NCBI RefSeq assembly: GCF_026571515.1
Contig: NW_026853984.1
Coordinates: 1 to 56,880, forward strand
Direction: 5' to 3'
Length of the DNA stretch: 56,880 nt
From: Ruditapes philippinarum
Lineage: Eukaryota
Shown: piece after piece, positions 13,480 through 25,800 of the stretch
How the letters are laid out: every line of letters starts with the position of its first letter
Numbering within the stretch: position 1 is the stretch's first letter
The notes under the pieces: generated by a model
What the model saw: the letters and a program-made list of their open reading frames with translations, nothing else
What the model was told of the DNA's origin: nothing
Database searches by the model: none
Made by a program: the position numbers and the translations under genes

Positions 13480-15720
13480 TCCTATCAATAGATATCTTGA
13501 AATCTGTCAATGATATACGAATAGATAATACGATTCCAAACAAAAAATGTTAATTGAATTAACTTAAATTAAGAGAGAACTCGATATAGGCCGAAGTGTA
13601 ACGAATGAAAATATTATCACTCATCAATATTTAATGTAAAAACATTATCTCGCACAGACATGATCAACTTGGCATGACCATACTCAATCATACTGAATCG
13701 GCATTCTATTACTTCTGTTGTATCTGCTGTTATTGATAGATTGATTCTGATCATGCTCCTCTTTGCTTGAAACCAATACATGCATGGATTGTATGGTATG
13801 AACCGCTGTTTATAGGGTTTGTAAGCGAACAGCATGGATCCCGATCAGACTGCGCGGATGCGCAGGCTGGTCTGGATCCATGCTGGTCGCAAACCCATTA
13901 TGTTGTTTTTGTCATGGAGCTGCTCATATCATTCCGGAATGTTAGACCTTCAGCATAGTTATACCGTATGTCTTTCGTGTTTCATAATAGGTTAATACCG
14001 ACAATTTACGAAATTCCTATTCAGTCTGAAATGATTGTATGAAATCAGTATTATGTTTGTAGCAAAAAGATAAACTGTAAACAAAGTTATGAAAATTAAA
14101 ATCAAATTAATTTAAAGCCTCTAAAATGCATTAAAATGTAACAAATGATCTTTGTATTTATCTTTGGACATCTGAAAGGAAATTATTAGTTTAAAAATAC
14201 ATGTATATTTGTCCATAATAATAGACAATTTTTCATCATAATATAAAAATATAAATGTTTATAAATGTGCTTGCTGTATGAAAACTAATTGAATAACACA
14301 AAGATTTATAGTTATTTATGTCATCAGTTAAAATCATGTTAATCAGAATTTTTGAAATCATTCTACAAAAAAAGTTAATTCAAGTGCATTTCTAATTCCG
14401 CAAATATGAATCAAGATCCTGAATATGTGCTCACGATTTCGCATGTCCCTTCATTTAAATTTTGCAAAACGAAAACAAACACTGACAAAACCTGTCAGTG
14501 TTATGAAGCATTTCAATCACTCGTGCTTTTCTTTCAGATACATATTTAATTATTTTTGGAACTTGCATTATACAGTCTTAACGACCAGACTTGTAACTGC
14601 TGACATTAAAATGTTAATTTGTAGACACTTGCTTTCTATTTATAAGAGCAACGTTAGAACGATGTTGATGTAATCGACTATTTATATTTTACATTATCTC
14701 TTATGAACAGACTCAATCAAACCGAGTCTTTAAGTCCTATTATTTTGTATACATTCCTTCAGAGATTTATTCCTTTTTTAGATTTTCAATATACCACACA
14801 TGTTATTTCACTCGACTTTAATTTTAAAATTATGACCTCTGTTCATGTAAAATCTTTACATTTCCTTAATTTCAAAGCTACTTTTAGGTGCGGTTGTCCT
14901 CAATTTTAAGCAATCATGCGTCACTATTGACAATAACATCTTTCTGTGATTTTAAAAAGTCTTTAATTTGATATTTATTTGAGGGATAAAGAACGCTTAA
15001 TGTTTTTTTCTGGCAAGGAAATCCGATTACATGCCAATCATATGAATATGGGTTAAGAAATAGCGAATGTGAAACAATAATTTCAGCATTTACTTGCAGA
15101 GAAACTAGACAATTGTTGCTGATCAACTAGAATAATATTTTCCTCTTTCTGTTGCTACAATAAAAGACACGATCGATTTCTATTCTATATTGATACGCGT
15201 GTATCAGAATGGTTTCAATGATTAATTATTTTTATTTATAATGAAGCCCAGTCAGTGTTTCGCCGTTGTGCCTTCATTTGTGTTAGTTTTGGGCCCTGTT
15301 GGTCTCCTTGCCCGTCGTACTGTCTTGATGGGTTGTGTTTGGAGATGCGTACATTGAATACTACCCTTCTTTGTTTGTCTTTGCTTTCATATTGCATTTG
15401 TTGTAGAACAACTGTGTTGGTAGTAATAACTTCCAGTTTAACAGCCAAACTAAATACATCTAATCATCTAACGGAAATGCCCCTTTTTATGTAGCTTCTT
15501 CCTATACAGTAACGATAGATACTGACCATTTAATGTAATGCAATGAAAACATGTGTCTATCTAACATGGAAACAAAGTTGTCACCACGCATAGGAAAATT
15601 GCAAATTTCTGTGAATTAAATCTTTGAATGGGTGACAAGGTCCAATGAATGGATTATAGTTATAATATGACATTTGAATTTTTAATGCTGTGATAAGTGA
15701 TATAATCTATTAAATGTGAG
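13480..15720 (-). pseudogene. Deeply diverged minus-strand paralog of the family gene
   Basis: The reverse complement gives KH*LGFII (His 15255-15257), F*LISNNCLVSL (Cys 15109-15111), YDWHVIGFPC..LSVL and RLGLIESVHKR*CKI*I (~14680-14730), in the same order as unit end then RLGLIEHVH*RYWKVQV at 54040-54450(+). Confidence 0.6.
13798..13927. mobile_element. Short hairpin MITE of a type abundant in clam genomes, internally deleted
   Basis: Contains the palindrome cagcatggatcc..cagactgcgc-ggat-gcgcaggctg..ggatccatgctg with inverted ends atgaaccgc / gctgctcat. Empty sites at ~29375 and ~48375. Confidence 0.85.
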
Positions 15721-15829
15721 AATAAAGTTATAATTTAATTATAAATTTGCCTCTCTTTACGGGATTCTTAATGTGCCTCACTTTCTCTTTCATTAGCAGT
15801 TACCGCATAAATTGGATGTAATTAAAGAA

Positions 15830-16440
15830 TGACACAGTGATATTTACGCAATAAATAATGAAAGATCTGTACTTTGATTAAATGTGTTCGGAAATTCTTC
15901 CTTTGAAGGGAATTGTAAATAAATTGCTTAAGTCATAAAATTCTAATTATAACAAAAAAGCATAGCAATAAATTTTACATACATGACTGTACACTTTTCT
16001 GTATAAATGTTCAAATTGAAAATGTTTTATATTAACGTAGATAATTGATCTGGAAACACGTTTCTCTTTTGATCAAAGGACACAATTTACAAAATTACGT
16101 TTTTTGATGTCCGATTCATAAGCGTACAATAAGCAACTGCTTGTTTCAAATTTCCTTCTAAAGACATAGCTTTATTTCGATCAATGCATTGTCTATTGTT
16201 GATTGTCTTAGACTATGATTTATTGCTATCATATATATTCACAGGAAGCATTCTCTTTCTGCAGAATGGTTCACTGACTGCTATATTGTAATTCATTTAC
16301 ATTAAGTAGTAAGTAAGTAAATAGCGAAGCACGTACCGCACAATTAAGCGTTCATTTGATAGAAAAATTCAGGTTTCTTTCTGGTTCCGGTTTGTTTCAG
16401 TCAATGATTTGATTTTGAGGGGAATAATTGATTAATGACA
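15830..16440 (+). pseudogene. Diverged paralog of the C-terminal unit of the family gene
   Basis: HCLLLIVLDYDLLLSYIFTGSILFLQNGSLTAIL (~16187-16290) versus HCLFIIVLDYDLLVSLIHTGSVIFQRNGSLNSIL at 56583; the differences are largely synonymous or conservative. Confidence 0.65.
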
Positions 16441-16469
16441 TTTAAATGAATGTATGAATTTTTATGAAT

Positions 16470-17010
16470 ATGGGTAACTCGACATTTCGTTCGGCTGTGT
16501 ATTCCCCAAGTTGTTGGCACGGAAAAAACAAACGCATACGTTACACATGTTGCCAAAACGACGTGTGAATTAGATAAATACTGTGCAAGCGTAAACAGTT
16601 TCCACGGGATTTCCTTAATTGTTTTGCATACGATATGTGAATCAGGTTTACAATTTTATGCTATAATAGCGTCAAGGCACGTTTTCCCGTGTTATCCGGC
16701 TAGTGTATCAACCGTTCCTCGGTACTATGCAGACGTTATAAAACGAAAAAAACGTATGCTAACCATTTATAATAACAGGAGTTTCAATTCATATTTGTCA
16801 CTCTATATAATAATTTGCAATATGTCATTTCGCATATACGGCAGAGAATATAAAATGTAACTCGAAAGGTCAACTGAGGAAAATCAATGTCAACATTTAT
16901 CAATTGAGAATTAATGATATGGAACACATTATCGCACGTGTATATTACCCCACATAAAAAACACAACCAGGGTTACATAAATGTTCAAATCATTTATTTT
17001 ATTTCCTGTT
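16470..17010. mobile_element. Probable non-autonomous interspersed element (second copy ~50910-51440)
   Basis: CpG-richer non-coding block absent at the equivalent point of the 32.6-kb copy. Termini not resolved. Confidence 0.3.
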
Positions 17011-17899
17011 ATATCCACAATAACAGATGAAGAAATATCAAGTGCTAAATATTTATACCATGCAATGGATATAGAGAAGGAAAAGCTTAATATTGTATAA
17101 TATTGAATTATTTTATCTATAATTACGTTATACGTTTACGTTAAAGTTTTTCTATTTCTTTCGTCTGTCTCTTGTTTGATTGTAATACAGAACTTTGTAT
17201 TTTCGACACGAGTCCTATATTAATTGCAATAACTCTTGTCTATCAATCTTTTGGAATAAATGGATCAACGTACCTCATATTATATTACATAAAAATATTA
17301 TGTTTACAGAACGTATTTGACCTCACTGTTAAGATACTGTTATTTGTCTTCACATGTCCATTTAAATTAGAAACAAAATAATTGTTGACCCAAAAAATAC
17401 GGACAAAAATCATTAATGTGATGGGTTTTGTAGCAAAACAACAATATTAAGGTGGAATACATTTGTCAATTGTCATAACCGTCAAGAACGTTGAACAAGA
17501 TCTTTTTTCATGAATTGATATTAACTATTCAAATCAAGCATGTGTGGCAATCAACCGAAGCATTACTGAATATGCAAAATTATTATTGGCCTTCATTATC
17601 TGCTTATCTTTTTTCCCTTCTTCTTCTTTTGGAATTATGTCAAATGTATGCACGCATTGCAAACAGAATTATAATATCTATTTCTTGTTTTCGACCTGAG
17701 TTATCCTTGAGCATGACAAACTGACTTTAAAGAGCAAAAATGCTCGCTTTAATGGAAAGATAAAACAGAGTTCAATTTCATTCAATCATGATTCTCTTTA
17801 ATCATGCAAAGTAAAAAATGGTGTATACCATGAATTCCACTAATCTTGATTGCTAAATTGATACTTATATGTATAAGAGGGACAAGTACGAGTAATAGT

Positions 17900-20800
17900 G
17901 AATTAAATAATAAACAAATTATCCGCGAATATGATCTGTAACATTCACAACTCATATCAATTCATTTTATCATTTTTAATATTTAGCATTCAATTTGTCT
18001 TTGGCAATAGCTGACAAAGTACAATTTATACTACATAAACAAAACATTTTCATTAAAATACAAGTTATATCTGCAACGCTCCAACTTTGTTTCATATTCT
18101 CTGCAGAAGCAATGTCATTGTTATATTGAAATATAAGGAATAACAAATTGAATGATGAACGAGTCTGAGAGAGTTTAAATTGTGGAATCATATCATTTAT
18201 CACTTAAGTGATTAAATTTTCAGGCAGAGACATGAATGACATATATGTAAAGTTTATATATGAAAAATGTAGGCGTTAGAGGTATGTACTTGTATTCAAT
18301 TGTGTTACTGAATATGTCTTTTTAATAATGACATAAACTTGGGGAAGCTAAAGTTACTGTTTCTTTCTGTTACAAAAACTACAAAATACAATAATGTCAG
18401 ATGATATAATTTCAAACAAATTCTTAACAACGCTTTTGTTTCTAGGGTTTTCATAACTATCTGAAATATTGTACATTGCAATTTTATTTTTCACTTATCC
18501 TGTCGTTTTGTTTTAAGCATTATATTCCCAAAGGTTTAATTGCCTAAAATGAATTCATTGTCGCCATCTCCACAAACAGAAAATATTCTGTGTCCCCAAA
18601 GTGGATCATAGAACTCATTTATTCCATTGTTTCCTTTTGGTGTCTTTTTTAATGAATGGAGAATTAACAATCAATCATGTTTATTGTAAATTTCAATTAT
18701 TTCACATCTGGATTGTAATTAACATTACTTAGATTTAAAAAAGTTAGGACACTCATTAATGAGAACAGTTATTCCTTTTCTACTGTATTTCTGTTACAGC
18801 CTTAAATTGCTTTTATTTCTGTTTGTTAAAATTAATTGAATAATGAACGAGTGTGAACTATGTCAGTTGCAATAAATCACATGGGTCTGAGATAGTTTAA
18901 ATTGTTGGAACATCATTTGTATATGTGATACAAATTTCACACAGGGACATGAACAGATATATCAGGTTTATAGTGTAACTTTATAGGCGCAACAATGATG
19001 TATGTATATATTGTAAAGTGTATATGCCAATAAAAGTCCTTCGGGGAAGCTGCATTGTGATCTGAGTTACAGGCTGCTTTTAAGTTTAATTGCTATCAAT
19101 TATAGAATAGAAAAAAAGAGTATCTTAAAGTTATTATTGAAAATAATAATAATAATACTCATATCAAAATAGAGAAAAAACAATACTCCTTAAGAATGGC
19201 CAACATGGCAAAATTGAAACATATCCTGTGTGATTATACAGTACAAGTAGGAATGCAGGAAAAACCCAAGTTCTAAGAGCATAATAGAAGAAACCAGAAA
19301 TACCACATAACATGTACACACAACAATAATGCTGAACAATCTTCATGGATCGAAAATAAAACATCTTTGATTGAATGTACTGGGAGACCTTTTACAGCCG
19401 CCACACGGCAGGAATAACACTGATATGACAATAAATAGGGAAAAACAGAATCCCTAAAGACACAGTATGCCTCAGAATCAAATACATTTTTACTTCTTTA
19501 GATAAAGAAAACATAAATCTTATAATGTTTAAATAATGGTTCAGGAGAATATTTAGATGCTTGTTACCTGAACAAAGTAGCCGTATATGTGAAATAATTT
19601 GTCATAAAACTAGCAAGTAGAAAAATGTAAACAAAGTAGTATTTTGACTTCCATACAAAGTACTAATTAACTATAAATGTACTTATTGTCAGAAATCAAT
19701 AGATGAAAAAGATGGTACAGGTAACTGACCAATGGATTACTTCAAATTGTACATTGTAAAGCTCCACTTTTACTAAAACCTTAGTTATTTTATTTTAGGC
19801 TTTTATTTGCCACTGGTATTTAAGGTGTATATTTTCATAGTAATTTATATTCGTCGTTAAATAAATTTGTCTTTAAGCATTTATACAATGTGTTAAATGC
19901 ATCTATGATGACCATTATTATATCCTGACTTCATATCGTATTTTAATGTTCTTGTTTTCTATATTACACAATATTGCTGAATAGTGCCTGTATATAGTGG
20001 CAGTAATGCAAGTATGCTGCAGAGAAGCACAAATTAAATTAAAGTCGGAAAGAGTGCTTCTGATAGAAGAAATGGTTACTGGCGTATTATTCAATTTCTA
20101 TAAATCATTTATAATTAATATAAAATGCATTATCTTGGCTTGTATTGTCGACCTAACATTAACAGCCGGAGTATGTTTTAGTCTCATAATGTTTCTGTTG
20201 CTTTCTGGCGATATTATTGTTTCAATTTTTAGTGTAACCGTTGGAGGCAAGTACGATTGTACAGTTGGCTGTCATATGAATTTTTCCAGTTTTTATAGAA
20301 TTTTCTATCCAAATGGTTCAGTATCCTTGGAATTTTATGTCATTACGCTCTGTTGTAACTGTCACAACTGCAGATATAAAAGATAAAACTGATTTTACTC
20401 GGCCTTCGGCCAAAACATATTTCAACAAAGGAAATATGAGTATCTAGCCAGAAATATTTAATGACGTGATGAAAAATATATTGTGTAGATATTAAAGTAA
20501 TGCGTCTAAATCCAGACTTCCTTGTTTAAAAAACCTGTTCCAATACCTTGGCATTAAGGTTTTGTGAGAGAAATATTGTAGTCATGCAATTCTCCACTTT
20601 GTGAGAATGTTACTGTTTAATGTGACTTAAACAGAGAACAATTATGACTTGGAAAAAACACATCTTGTAACTTCTAATGCATTTTGCTTGTTTGGTCTAG
20701 AAAGTACAATTTTATTATGTATACAAAACTGATCCTATAAATGTTTCGTTTGTTGCTATATCTATAACGTTCACTCCTATTGATCCTTATAGGATATTTT

Positions 20801-21150
20801 AAATTCTAAGATATTTTACATAAACGATATGTTCGAAATAAAATGAAAACATATTTATAGATGTTTTCGTGACAAATAAAAGAAATAATAATAAAGAACA
20901 ATAAAACTTTTTTTATAAATATTTTTCTGTGCAAATGTGCCTTTTTAGCATTAGGTTATTAGGTGTGTAAAATGGATCACTTAATGGAATGGATTACTTA
21001 ATTCAATATTGCAATTTATTAACCAAATGCTGTAAGTAAATAGCCTAACATGTACTTCGCAAATAAGCTCACATTGTATTTAGTCCGTTTGTTTACTTGT
21101 TTTATCCTAATTTCACGATTCATTCAAAGACAATTTTTGTACGCTGCATG
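17900..21150 (+). pseudogene. Decayed family gene: two tandem units, central unit, Cys-rich segment, partial C-terminal unit
   Basis: KLNDERV*ESLNCGIISFI at ~18145-18200. DDHYYIL (His 19913) is in frame with ORF 19997..20386 (DLTLTAGVCFSLIMFLLLSGD, Cys 20174; TLCCNCHNCRYK). TSQISSHC at ~21055-21078. Confidence 0.7.
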
Positions 21151-21302
21151 TGTTTAGGATGACGTCATTTCGCCATTGTTATTTAAGTTGTTAGTTCATA
21201 CGCTATTATAAGAAAATATTATAGATGAAATGACTTTAATTTCCATGAACATATATCATATTGAGGTAAACAATTTTTAATATGAAATAATATGGCAGAA
21301 AA

Positions 21303-21420
21303 AATATCTGACATATTTTTGCGGTTCGGTTCGAAATATCCGTCCCTCGGGAACCCGCCCAACGGGCGGGTCCCCTCGGAACGGATATTCCGGTCCGAAC
21401 CGCAACATATGACAGATATT
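21303..21420. repeat. GC-rich ~118-bp imperfect palindrome (core of a foldback/MITE-like element, ~21150-21500)
   Basis: aatatctgacatat..gcggttcgg..aatatccgt..acccgccc-aac-gggcgggt..acggatatt..ccgaaccgc..atatgacagatatt. Confidence 0.9.
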
Positions 21421-21662
21421 ATTATTCTTGAATTGATTTTACTGAGCAATCTTATTTTTAACGAAAGAAATTATTTTATTGACTAAAACAAGTTGCTTTT
21501 TCGTTTTGTTTTTTTTATAAAATGAGCGGAATCCGCATAATTGTCCAATATTTTCCACAACTATCCTTTGTGCTTTCACATACAATAAAAGCAGATTTGG
21601 GTCAAGAATAAATCACAATGGATGATATCCATCACTTTTCTAGAGCATCAGATTCTAGGCAA

Positions 21663-21938
21663 AACATATTGATGTGCATTTAGATACAGCGAAGGCGGGA
21701 CAATTGTTGTGTAAACACTAAATAAACAAAGGATTGCACTGGTTCTTCAATAACGTTGTTTAATATTTTATAACCGGAAGTCAACTCATATAATGACGTC
21801 AATACAATAACATATAAATAAGCGCGTCACGCTAAAGGTGACGCTAATATTGGCGCAATAACACAGTACATGCATATGTACGTAACATATAAGCGAAACG
21901 TATTGATATGCATTTAGATACAGCGAAAGCGGGACAAT
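21663..21938. repeat. 42-bp direct repeat bracketing a ~190-bp insert
   Basis: aacatattgatgtgcatttagatacagcgaaggcgggacaat (21663-21704) versus aacgtattgatatgcatttagatacagcgaaagcgggacaat (21897-21938). Paralogs near 28750 and 47700 have a single copy and no insert. Confidence 0.85.
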
Positions 21939-22869
21939 AATTACTGCATTTAATTCCGAGGAAAATAGCAGCATATCTGTACTATAGAATGCATTATACT
22001 ATATGGGTAAAGTAACTGGTACAATTATAAGATCGATGTGATAAAGCAATATTGGCAATGCGGTTGGAATTGAACGGACTACAAAGAGTTGGTGTGTACT
22101 GTCTTTCTGATGAACAGGCAAAGATGTGCCTTGTTTGCTGACGTGTGTAACCAAAGTATTAGCATCTGACGTAAATTACCAAATTAAGTGCTTGCTAAAT
22201 ATCTATCATTTTAAAGCGGCCTTCAGCTTTTATTTTCGGTTTGAAAGAAATCTCTGTGTTGTTCTAAACTCAACTAAAGTAATTTTATCTTTGAAAAGCC
22301 TTCTTCAAACCAGCATCCCTTGAAATAAGGTAAACAAACGATTTCTTAACCCTGTACATGCAAATATGTGAAAACTTTCAGCAATGTTAATTTAGCGTTT
22401 GATATAGTTGTTATGTACTGTATTGATGTTTATTTTTGAACTGTTCAATAATCACATCAACTTAAATGAAGTCGTCAAATTGATCGATTTGGATTAGGCT
22501 ATTTTCGTTCGGTTACGTATTTTATCGCAAAACTGTTTTGTTTTTAGGGTTACACAATTCTTATGTATCTTCAGAAAGTAAAAGAATAGTCATCTCGTTA
22601 TTGAAAGATGCGAACAAGCATGTAAAATTTTAGTACATGTAAAATACCATGGAATCTCATTTACTCATATATAAAACAAATTGTCAATAAAGACCATCTA
22701 ACAACAACGAAAGAACGTGTAACTCATAATGTGCCTGCCTTTTAATAACGATAATGTTTCGTTAATAAAGCAAAAATTAACATTTACATAATTCAAAATT
22801 AATTATCTCGCAAAGTTCCGGATTGTTAAATCAATACTTAGATATAAAGAAGAATACTCAATAATGAAT

Positions 22870-25800
22870 ACATGCATTGCAACGAAATGATTTTCTTTCG
22901 TTTATATAGAAATTAACGAGGATTTTCAATACTTGTATGTATTTAAATTTTAACACTCAATGTAATTGAACCCTCTACAATTTCTACTTTAATTCAGTAA
23001 ATGGCCTTTATTGCATTTACTTCGTTTCAGCAATGATAATTATTGCTTGTTGAAATAAATTAAATAATGGACGAGGCTTAAGTGATTTATTATTTGCTGA
23101 GATATATGAACATTAACATCAGATTTTTTAAGTTTATAAAGTAACCTTGGGTGCATTACAGTCATATATTCATCATTTATATATATGTACATTATGTGCA
23201 ATTGTTAATCAAACAGTAATTTAGAAAAACAGAATCCCTTCAGAAAGCCCAAAACAGCAAAATTGAAAATGTTGCAGGTTCGTTTAGATTGAGCCTGTTC
23301 ATGGATGGTATTAGAAAGTGCAAATTACCGTTCACATCCCCTAATACTGGCTTTAGGAAAATTAAACACGAAAATGGTGATTTAAGAACATCCGCCGATG
23401 TTTTCAAATGGCGGTTATCATAAAACCTTCAACGTGACACGTTAGTGCCATTTCATGAAAAGCGGCATATGGTCCCCAAGTAAACAAAAGGCCTGCGCCC
23501 TAATTACATTCAATATATCATCTGCATTTGCTTTTTATCAGTGATTTTATTTATCGAATGGAAAATAAATGTCAAATGAAATTTCAAATTCTTAATTTAA
23601 ATTTTATTTCATACAATAAAAACATTATATTTACTTAATAAAACAACCATTTTTAAAATAATCTTGTCACCACACTTTAATCACTATAGTATCAAAAGTA
23701 TCATTATCTTTAAATAAGATTCTTTGTCATCAAATTCACAAACAGGAAATATTGTGTATCAATAACTATTTCATTCTATTGATACCTTTAAGGTATTTAA
23801 AACAAACAGAATTAACCTTTGCAGCATTCAAATTTAATCAAATCACATCACGATTTGGTAAATCAACACTTCTATACATAATGAGACCCACAATAATGAA
23901 TGTAAATACAGTTACAAAATGACGTTTACATGAATAAAATATAAGAAATATACGTTACTATCATGTTTTCATCATTTGTAAATACATATTATTAGATACT
24001 TAAAACAAATATTCTTCAGTAATAATATGGATTTGGCTACGATATCTGCAAATGTTTTTATTCAAAGAATACAAACATGTCGCATGCAATCATTCCAAAA
24101 CATTTCTTTATAACGCAATTATTCTGAATTTTACAACTATCCGAAGCTTTGTATTACCTCAATAACACTTCTTTTTTTCCTCTTTTTTTTCTTTTTTTCC
24201 ATTTCAACATATCATGTTGTCTTGTTGTAAAGAAGTTTAATTCTCTCGAAAATGAATTCATTGCTGCCATCTCTACAAACAGGAAGTATTCCATGAAAGC
24301 GATCGCTTTACTCTTGAATTCGTTGCTTCCGTTAGTGTAATTTTAATGAAGTAAAATTACCGTTTGCAAATTCAAAATAATGTTTTTGTAAGATTCAATT
24401 CAGTCATAGATATAAAGCAAGGGAATTAATTATGTATAGATACTGTTACAAAATGGTTTCTTTCGTGTACATTATAAAACAATTCTAAAAATTAACAGTA
24501 GTTATATTACTCAATGTTATATAACTGTATGAATTGCCAACTTTATGTCTGTGCATGCTTTGTATTGAAATTGATGATGGTGTTTGTTGAAAATATTTTA
24601 ATAACGAACGAGTCTGAGATCATTTAAATTGCGGGGTCGTATCAAACATCATTGGAGTGATTGAATTTTCAAACACAGACATGAACATCATCATCAGATA
24701 CATTTAGTTAATAATGTAGGCGTTACAGTCATGTATTTATCATTTGTGAAAATTATGTGGATACTTGTATTTGTCTTTTTCTTTCATGACATGAACGTGG
24801 GAAGCTGAAGTTACCATCGCTTTCCTTTCATTGACAAGAGTTTCTAATTGAAAGAATACACAAATGTCACACTGAATCATATCAAAACATTTGGTTACAA
24901 TGCCTTACTTCTGAACTCTAAGAACCTTTGTAGTACTTCAATTACACAAAATAATCTTTTACTTCAACTTATCTTGCTGTCTATTCATTCTTAAACCTCT
25001 GATAGTCTCTAAAATAAATTCTTTGTCTCAATCTTCACAAACGGGAAATATTTGTGTCCATGAAGTTGAACACTCAAATCTTTGATTGCATTGCTTCCGC
25101 TGGTGTCTTTTTAATGAAGTAAAATTAAAGCATTCGAAAAAGAGTCCACTTATTTACATTTGTATTGTATGAAGGATAGCAAGCAATCAATAATGTATGC
25201 ATGTACTGGTACAAATTGTTGTTGTTGTTTTTGTTATTGCTTCTTTTTGGGGGTGAATATAAATAATTATACTTGTGCATATTTTTATTTCAATACTCGA
25301 TATTATTAAACTGTCTGAGGTTCCTATTGTATTACTAAAAACGGAGTTTTATTGCATTTACTTCTCATCAGCAATGTTATTGATTATTGACATAAATTGA
25401 AAAATGGTCGAGCCCCTGAGAGTTTAAATTGCAGTGTCTTATTATGCATCATTTCAGTGATTAAATTTTCATACAGAGACACATTAAAGTAGCTATATTA
25501 TATATCATGTGTCTATATTTACTATATAGGTGTATATATTTACTATATATAGGCGTAATGTTCAGATATTTATCATTTTAGAAGTCTAGACTTGAATTGT
25601 TTTTATGTTTTAGTATGTTTCGGGAAGCTGAAATTACTTTTGCTTTCTTTTACAAACGTTGTTTATTCAGAGAATACATAAATGTTACATGGACTCATTC
25701 TAAAATATTTATTAAGATGCAATAATTTCTCAATTCCTCATAACAATCTAAAGCCTTCTCACAAAAAATAATTTCATCTTATCTTGTTGTCTTATTCAGC

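Noticed and set aside
14703-14729. Terminal inverted repeat of a large transposon pairing with ~7771 or ~23276
   Set aside because: No target-site duplication, and homology continues at protein level on both sides.
19805-19830. HWYL as the Ulp1 catalytic His motif
   Set aside because: It overlaps a 13-bp indel relative to the 3570 copy and lies ~120 aa from the Cys; the conserved HYY motif at 19913/3687 is the better candidate.
20185-20225. 2A-like ribosomal-skip peptide (LLLSGDI...) as in CR1/L2 ORF2
   Set aside because: No copy has the required E-x-NPGP; the segment follows the Q-x4-C motif and reads as an ordinary hydrophobic helix.
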